Shown: positions 23,949 to 29,392 of the stretch, piece after piece
Position numbering within the stretch: position 1 is the stretch's first letter
Layout of the letters: the number at the start of each line of letters is the position of its first letter
IMG/VR virus record: IMGVR_UViG_3300044638_004209
Span: 1-29,392 of that record
Length of the DNA stretch: 29,392 bases
From: a virus
Taxonomy: Duplodnaviria > Caudoviricetes
Direction: 5' to 3' (one strand)
The notes under the pieces: generated by a model
The model's database searches: none
Seen by the model: only the letters and a program-made list of their open reading frames with translations
What the model was told of the DNA's origin: nothing
Translations under genes and position numbers: made by a program

Positions 23949-25320
23949 TGGGCCAACATGATATTAGGCTAGGTCTGCCGACTTTGGTGCAACCGGCTAC
24001 GGCGACGTAGGCCGGTTTGTCTTGCATGAACTCCGCTTCGCGGAGTGCAACATAATTGTAGCGGCAGATGTTCTGCCGCCTTTCAGATTCGGTCATATTC
24101 AGGCCGACCATCGCGGTGACGTGCGCCACCTTGGTCTTGGAGTCCGAGAAGTTTTTCTTTGTCAGGAGCCACGCCGAATACCCCTCGGTATCTGACTGCG
24201 ATGCAGTCAGAACCAAGCAACGCATACGAGTAGACAAGGCTCGAAGTTCTCGCCATGTCTCGTCGATCTGCTCTCGCTTTTCCTTGAATCCCGGCGGTGC
24301 GCCGAGAATGTCTGCGTAGTCGATGACAAGAACTTCGGGAACCCAACCTTCGTCAGCCCATCGGCTGACTTGGTTGGAAATATCCTTGGCGGTGATCGTA
24401 CCGGCAGGGTGTGTAAGCAATCGGAATCGTTTCGGATCTGCCCCCGCCGACGAGGAAAACGCTTTGATCGCATCTTCCTTGGTGATCGGGGGAGCCGATT
24501 TCGGCTCCCTTACGATCTTCGGTTCTTTGTTCTCGTAGGCCAATTCCTTAGGAATCATAAAGCGACCGCCTTTCAGCGGTCGCCTGCAAAGCCTCGGAAG
24601 CAATCGTAAGATGACCTGATCCTGGCTCATATCCCCGCAGGAGAAGAACGCCGTTCTTCTCCCTTGGTCTACGGATCTCCACGCCAAGTCCATCAAGACT
24701 GTAGTTTTACCTGTCTTTTCTGGGGCCAGTAAGGATATGAACGAGTCAGTAGACATAACGTCGCCGAAGAATTCCCCGAGCGCGCCGGGGAATTCGATCA
24801 GGGGTTTCTTGGTGGATTGCTCGAAGGCTCGTTCAACTACGGACAGATCGGCCAGTGGGAATACTCCGGATTCCTCTTGGCCGATTTTCGGTCGTTTCCA
24901 TTGAGCCTGAATGTTCAGGGCATCCTCAACCTTGCCGGTTTCGGCAAGGTTGGTGATCGCATTTCCAAGTCGCTTGAGACTGTTGCGCTGGACGATGTTG
25001 CGGATAAGGTCGATGGCGTAGTCGGGGGTCATGTCCGACGTTGCAGGCAGACTGGCTAGCCAGTCTGCCATCGTATCCACAATCGTCGAATCGGCGATGT
25101 CCTTCCAAGTATCAAACTTGGCGGTGATGCCCCCGATTCCGGGGGCATCTCCGTACTTGACGAAGTGGTCAACGCACCAGCGAGCAAGTATGTTGGCATA
25201 CTTGCTCGCGAAGGCTTCGTTGTCCCAAGCGGCGGAAACCGCCGCGAGGACTTCGGTGGAGTGGACTAGGGCACAGACTGCGTGCCGTTCGTCACTGCCG
25301 TCGTGTCTGACTACTTTCAT
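23941..25320 (-). CDS. Replicative DnaB-like (SF4) helicase
   Basis: Walker A APEKTGKT, LVIDYAD, LRALS, LTASQ. Start reassigned to MKVVR (25320, ATGA overlap). Confidence 0.8.
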   Translation of the reverse strand: MKVVRHDGSDERHAVCALVHSTEVLAAVSAAWDNEAFASKYANILARWCVDHFVKYGDAPGIGGITAKFDTWKDIADSTIVDTMADWLASLPATSDMTPDYAIDLIRNIVQRNSLKRLGNAITNLAETGKVEDALNIQAQWKRPKIGQEESGVFPLADLSVVERAFEQSTKKPLIEFPGALGEFFGDVMSTDSFISLLAPEKTGKTTVLMDLAWRSVDQGRRTAFFSCGDMSQDQVILRLLPRLCRRPLKGGRFMIPKELAYENKEPKIVREPKSAPPITKEDAIKAFSSSAGADPKRFRLLTHPAGTITAKDISNQVSRWADEGWVPEVLVIDYADILGAPPGFKEKREQIDETWRELRALSTRMRCLVLTASQSDTEGYSAWLLTKKNFSDSKTKVAHVTAMVGLNMTESERRQNICRYNYVALREAEFMQDKPAYVAVAGCTKVGRPSLISCWPND

Positions 25321-25556
25321 TTGCAATACTTCCAATGTATCAGAACGTCTCGGGCGAATAGTCCAGTCCTCATACCAACGATGATAACCGCTACCCAATC
25401 TCCTCGCCTGTCCAATAGTTCTAGCATGTACGCAAATGCAATCGTAATGCCAACGAGATTCATTACGAGGTTGATTGAATTCATCTTTGTTCCTGGTGCG
25501 TAGGCATAGTCCCAAAGGCAGGCAAACATAAACAGCAGTAACAAAAGTTCATACAT
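25317..25556 (-). CDS. Small membrane protein
   Basis: 79 aa with three hydrophobic segments; fits between its neighbours. Confidence 0.55.
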   Translation of the reverse strand: MYELLLLLFMFACLWDYAYAPGTKMNSINLVMNLVGITIAFAYMLELLDRRGDWVAVIIVGMRTGLFARDVLIHWKYCK

Positions 25557-25558
25557 GG

Positions 25559-26200
25559 TTACTTTCCAAATTCGACGGTATCAAGAGTAGCGTTGACTTT
25601 GAATCCGGTTTCAGTAATGTCGATACAGCACCCATTAGGGTGCTGTATTCGGTCGCCTACCTTGACTCGGATAAACTCATTACCGTCCCACAAAAAGGTG
25701 CAGGTGAACGATAGTTCACCTGCTTGTGCCTTGTCCACAAACTTGCGAAAGTCCCTATCGGCTTGTGCGTACTTTGCGCCGATTTCTAAAGGGTCGCATA
25801 TTTTGACTGTGGGAACTCGACAGGCATTCATCGCATATTGTATTTCCTCGTCGGTCGGCTCCCAATCGCCTCCTGGATTTTCGGTAGGCTCGATGCGTCG
25901 GCGATACCAAACACCATGATACTGAATGCTCCCAGTGTCACCTACTTGCGTCCATTTATTATCAAATGTTTCAAAGAACTCATCCGTAGTTAGCTTAGGC
26001 TCATCTGGAAACTTCTCTAGCAACCTCCACCCTTCGCCTGGATCGGGCTTGTTTAAGTACCATTGTGGCGGATCGTAGACTTCATGTGGACATTGCAGGT
26101 TGTGCCAAAACCTTGACTTCACATCCTCGCCCTTCATCCACCTTGCGACATCATCGGCAGTTGCAGGCCGCCAAAACTGTTCGATCTTTTGTTCGCTCAT
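25559..26200 (-). CDS. Hypothetical protein
   Basis: 213 aa; TAATG overlap with the primase stop. Confidence 0.65.
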   Translation of the reverse strand: MSEQKIEQFWRPATADDVARWMKGEDVKSRFWHNLQCPHEVYDPPQWYLNKPDPGEGWRLLEKFPDEPKLTTDEFFETFDNKWTQVGDTGSIQYHGVWYRRRIEPTENPGGDWEPTDEEIQYAMNACRVPTVKICDPLEIGAKYAQADRDFRKFVDKAQAGELSFTCTFLWDGNEFIRVKVGDRIQHPNGCCIDITETGFKVNATLDTVEFGK

Positions 26201-27066
26201 TATTCCAACCCCGCAAATTCCCTTAGTTCTCTGATCTCCTCTGGACTTGCCGACCCAGGGTCGTCTGCGTCCAGAGTTACTTGCAGTGTTTCCCCTGGAA
26301 ACACTGCTAAATCGCCAGCAAGTCGCGAAGCGACTCGCTGTGCGTCCGACGAATTGTCGAAGCAGATTATCCTACGAGGATAACCCGCCATCAATCTAAC
26401 CTGTTCTTGCGTGTAGGCTAGACCGAAGGTACAGACTGCGCCGTCCCCGATGTTCGCCATGTCGAAGAACCCTTCTACCACAATGATCGTGTTCGTACAA
26501 GTTTCTGCACCGAAAAGTATGTCCTTTTCGGACATACTTTTCTGGTCATCGGCAGCGGTCTTGTACCGCTGCCCGTCTACGGCTTCTCGGAATCGGATCG
26601 TCCAAGAGACGGGCCTGCCGTGAAACGTAATCGGAATGAAAATTCCCCTGGGTACACCTGAGAATGGCCCGATTGATTGCAAAGCATATCGCTTTGCAAT
26701 TCGATCAGCGTCCAATCCCCTATTGAGCAAATACGCTCGATCTCGTTGGCTAAGGGCAACAAGACCTGTAGGGGGTGTGTATTCTCCATACCTGACAAGG
26801 CTGCTGCTAATATCCGGTGCAGCGAAGGCTCGGATTTGCTTGAGTTCATCGAGGTTTTCCCTGGTAAGTAGGCGAAGTGCGTAAAGAACGTCCTTCTTTC
26901 CGCACTTGTAACAGTTGGCGCGAGAAAAGTCGTTCTTGATCCCCAAGTGATTCTTATGTCCGTGGCAGAAGGGGCACTTGGTATTTGTCCAGCCCAGACG
27001 ATAGTGAGGATCGTCTGGGCCTGCAACCGATATGTTATGCCTTTGGAGCAGATCCGTTGGTGTCAT
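26200..27066 (-). CDS. DNA primase (Zn finger + TOPRIM)
   Basis: CPFC..HLG..CYKCG; IIVVEGFFD; ICFDNSSD; DADDPG. Confidence 0.85.
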   Translation of the reverse strand: MTPTDLLQRHNISVAGPDDPHYRLGWTNTKCPFCHGHKNHLGIKNDFSRANCYKCGKKDVLYALRLLTRENLDELKQIRAFAAPDISSSLVRYGEYTPPTGLVALSQRDRAYLLNRGLDADRIAKRYALQSIGPFSGVPRGIFIPITFHGRPVSWTIRFREAVDGQRYKTAADDQKSMSEKDILFGAETCTNTIIVVEGFFDMANIGDGAVCTFGLAYTQEQVRLMAGYPRRIICFDNSSDAQRVASRLAGDLAVFPGETLQVTLDADDPGSASPEEIRELREFAGLE

Positions 27067-27655
27067 TGTACTCGTTCATCAATCGGACGAAAGGTAGCGA
27101 TTCACCCTGGCTCTTAGCAATTCCATGCAGGAATTGCTGAAACTTCGGGTGGTTGACCTCGAACTTGCGGAACTTCGGCGAGAAGGTTCCGCAGATTCGC
27201 TCAAACCACAGGAACGCAAACTCACTTGCCGGTGGCAAGTGAGTTACCAGCGTCTCGGCTACTCCGGTCTTTTGTTTCAGATATGATACAAAAGCGTCGT
27301 ATGTATCCATGCAATGCTGGATGTACTGAGGTTCGATTGTATTCTCCAAACGGCCAAGGACTTCCTTGGCCGTCTCGGAGACAGGATAGTCATCCAAGGC
27401 TATCTTCTGCTGCACGAGCAATTCTTTGTACTTGTGCCGCAACAGCGAACTGGAAATGTTCTTGACCGAATCAGGCTGTTTCCTAAGCCATGTCAGCATC
27501 TTGTCGATGTCGGCGTAGCTGTGTGCCTTGAGCAGTTCGTTGAAGTCCTTCAACGAACTGTACTGGCCCCCGCTGACCTTGATATGCTTCCGGCGAAGCC
27601 GGACGGCAGGGGACTCCGTTTTAGGCTGGTCTGGCTCAGGTGGTAGTAGTGGCAT
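27035..27655 (-). CDS. Hypothetical protein (start likely MPLLPP at 27655)
   Basis: Fills the operon; the longer start would overlap the upstream gene heavily. Confidence 0.6.
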   Translation of the reverse strand: MPLLPPEPDQPKTESPAVRLRRKHIKVSGGQYSSLKDFNELLKAHSYADIDKMLTWLRKQPDSVKNISSSLLRHKYKELLVQQKIALDDYPVSETAKEVLGRLENTIEPQYIQHCMDTYDAFVSYLKQKTGVAETLVTHLPPASEFAFLWFERICGTFSPKFRKFEVNHPKFQQFLHGIAKSQGESLPFVRLMNEYNDTNGSAPKA

Positions 27656-27959
27656 GATGCGCAGGTGGGTGGAGGTTTCCTTTGTCGTCGCGAGTCCATC
27701 CGTTGAGGATCTTCTCGATGTGTTCTCGGGTCGATTCAGGGTGGTTGTTGTCCCAAGCGTCAAGCAGTTGTACACGGTATGCTCGTTCGTCATTCAAACG
27801 AATGGCTACTTCCATTCCGCAAATGTCTATGCACGCAAAAGCCGGGACTTGATCGACTTCGAGCCAAGTGATCTTGTACCAAGGTAGTAGTTTTTCGCAG
27901 ATTCGTTCCACTACTTTAGCCGCGCCGCTTCTGATTGTCGGTTTTCTTGGATTAGCCAT
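27636..27959 (-). CDS. Hypothetical protein (start MANPRK at 27959)
   Basis: 8-nt overlap with the upstream stop. Confidence 0.6.
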   Translation of the reverse strand: MANPRKPTIRSGAAKVVERICEKLLPWYKITWLEVDQVPAFACIDICGMEVAIRLNDERAYRVQLLDAWDNNHPESTREHIEKILNGWTRDDKGNLHPPAHHATTTT

Positions 27960-28242
27960 TTTGCGTTTCCAGTTGTTTGAGTTTCGGTTGTAGTTGTTCC
28001 ATCGAGGATCGCAGTTTCCTGCGATCCTCGATTTCCTGTTTCCTGGCTTTCTTGAGCCGTTGTACCGGCACAAAGAGCTTTTGACCATCGGTCAAAGCTC
28101 TTTCGAGAATGACAGTCATCAGATCCTCGACTGTGCAATCCAATTGGATTGCCAGCGTCTTGATCCCCGTAACCAATCGCTCAGGCAATCGGTTGACCGT
28201 CAACGCCTTAACCTTTGGCTTTGTTAGGTCGTACTTTGCCAC
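27952..28242 (-). CDS. Small DNA-binding-like protein (ribbon-helix-helix-like N-terminus, coiled-coil tail)
   Basis: ALTVNRLPERLVTGIKTLAIQLDCTVEDLMTVILERAL; AGGAGG RBS before GTG. Confidence 0.6.
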   Translation of the reverse strand: MAKYDLTKPKVKALTVNRLPERLVTGIKTLAIQLDCTVEDLMTVILERALTDGQKLFVPVQRLKKARKQEIEDRRKLRSSMEQLQPKLKQLETQNG

Positions 28243-29392
28243 TTAATAGTCCTCCTGTCTTGGATAAGAGTAAATCTAGCACAGGCATCGTCGCGGCCTG
28301 TCGGCCATCGACGATGCTGTTTGCAACTTGCTGTTTGGTTTGGATCGCTTGGCAGATACGTTCTTCGACCGTCTCTGGTACGACCAAGTAGTAAATGTCG
28401 CAATCCTCTTTTTGGCCAATACGGTGAACGCGATCCGCACCTTGAGCCATCACCGCTGGTGTCCACCACATCTCGGCATTGGCAATCGTGCTTGCCGCTG
28501 TCAGCGTCAAGCCTACCCCCGCCGCCTTAATGTTGGCTACCATCAGCTTACATTGTGGGTCGGTCTGGAACCGATCCACAATGCCTTGGCGTTTCTTGGT
28601 CGGAGTAGAACCGTCGATGACGACGACGTTCTGCTCCGGCAAGATTCTACGCTTGAGAACATCGACCATCTGCGTGTGAACTGCAAAAAGAATCAACTTC
28701 TCTTTGGGATTGTCACGGAAGAACTTTCGTGACCAATCCACCACGGCGCGAGCTTTTAGCCTACTGGTAAGCCTGAGCAGAACGCCAAGCCGTGTAACGG
28801 CTTCGGCTTTCTGCGCAGAACTGACGCTGCCGTACTTGGTGTTTTGGGCTAACCAGCCGAGGAAATCTTCCTCGGCGGCATCAAGTTCGCTTCGGTCGTC
28901 CAAGTGTAAAGGCACAACGATCATTTTCTTCTCGGGCAGATCAAGTACATCCTCTTTGAGCCTTCTGAGCATAAACGGCTTGATCTTCTCATGCAGTTCC
29001 CCAAGGTTCTTGGCTCCCTTGTATTCCCATCCCCAATGCGTCTTTCGCGGATCGCAGTAGCGAGTCGCGTAAGCCTGCCAGCTTGGAAATAACTCAGGTC
29101 TGATAATGTTCAGGATAGGCCAGAAGTCGGCAGGTCGGTTCATAACCGGCGTGCCGGACATTCCGATCACCTTGGTAGTCATGCGGCTAAGGTACTTAGC
29201 CGCCTTTGTCCGGTTGCTGGTTCGATTGCTGAGGTTGTGTACCTCGTCAAAGGCGATGCACTTCCACTGGTAGCGGCCCAGTAAGGGCCGCTGGTCGTAG
29301 AGGATGTCGTAATTTACGATGACCGCAGGCGGCAGATCGTCGGGCAAAGTCGCAAGCGACTTGCCCTCGATCACCAGCGAGTCTGCTCCGGC
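28208..29392 (-). CDS. SNF2-family (SF2) helicase, 5' truncated
   Basis: VNYD, FDEVH, MSGTPVMN, MLRRLKEDVL, AAGVGLTL, WTP, QGADRVHRIGQ. Confidence 0.9.
   Translation of the reverse strand, partial: AGADSLVIEGKSLATLPDDLPPAVIVNYDILYDQRPLLGRYQWKCIAFDEVHNLSNRTSNRTKAAKYLSRMTTKVIGMSGTPVMNRPADFWPILNIIRPELFPSWQAYATRYCDPRKTHWGWEYKGAKNLGELHEKIKPFMLRRLKEDVLDLPEKKMIVVPLHLDDRSELDAAEEDFLGWLAQNTKYGSVSSAQKAEAVTRLGVLLRLTSRLKARAVVDWSRKFFRDNPKEKLILFAVHTQMVDVLKRRILPEQNVVVIDGSTPTKKRQGIVDRFQTDPQCKLMVANIKAAGVGLTLTAASTIANAEMWWTPAVMAQGADRVHRIGQKEDCDIYYLVVPETVEERICQAIQTKQQVANSIVDGRQAATMPVLDLLLSKTGGLLSGKVRPNKAKG

Noticed and set aside
1-29392. Stop-codon reassignment suggested by odd tRNAs and split genes
   Set aside because: Genes are full length in code 11, TAA, TAG and TGA all end genes at tight junctions, and the splits are not single in-frame stops.
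1-29392. Retron, DGR, integrase or transposase
   Set aside because: No reverse transcriptase, recombinase or transposase motifs were seen in any ORF.

Overview
A 29.4-kb fragment of a dsDNA bacteriophage genome (host unknown; a Planctomycetota-like host is only a guess). Bases 1-3571 (+ strand) encode a Cys/Thr-rich repeat protein and a glycosyltransferase/methyltransferase-like fusion. From 3568 to the end, a tightly packed minus-strand block encodes an almost complete replication/recombination set: SNF2 helicase, primase, DnaB-like helicase, family A polymerase domain, dNMP kinase, clamp loader, UvsY-like, gp32-like SSB, RecA/UvsX, 5'-3' exonuclease, Holliday junction resolvase, C5 methyltransferase, sliding clamp, UDG-like/3'-5' exonuclease, and Mre11/Rad50-like genes. 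The most striking unannotated signal is a family of tRNA-shaped non-coding elements at two loci (16939-17115 and 22589-23015). Three of them share an identical 15-nt 5' end, acceptor stem and near-identical T-stem but carry unrelated structured interiors (111, 140 and 177 nt overall). They are arrayed with two other aberrant tRNAs and preceded by a Met-Lys-Arg minigene. Other highlights: a PolA split into two genes about 10.7 kb apart in reversed order, a Rad50 split at its zinc hook, a C5-MTase with a nested alternate-frame second subunit bounded by a 19-bp direct repeat, and a 34-bp tandem duplication of a stop/start junction. All calls come from reading motifs by eye; no database searches were run.
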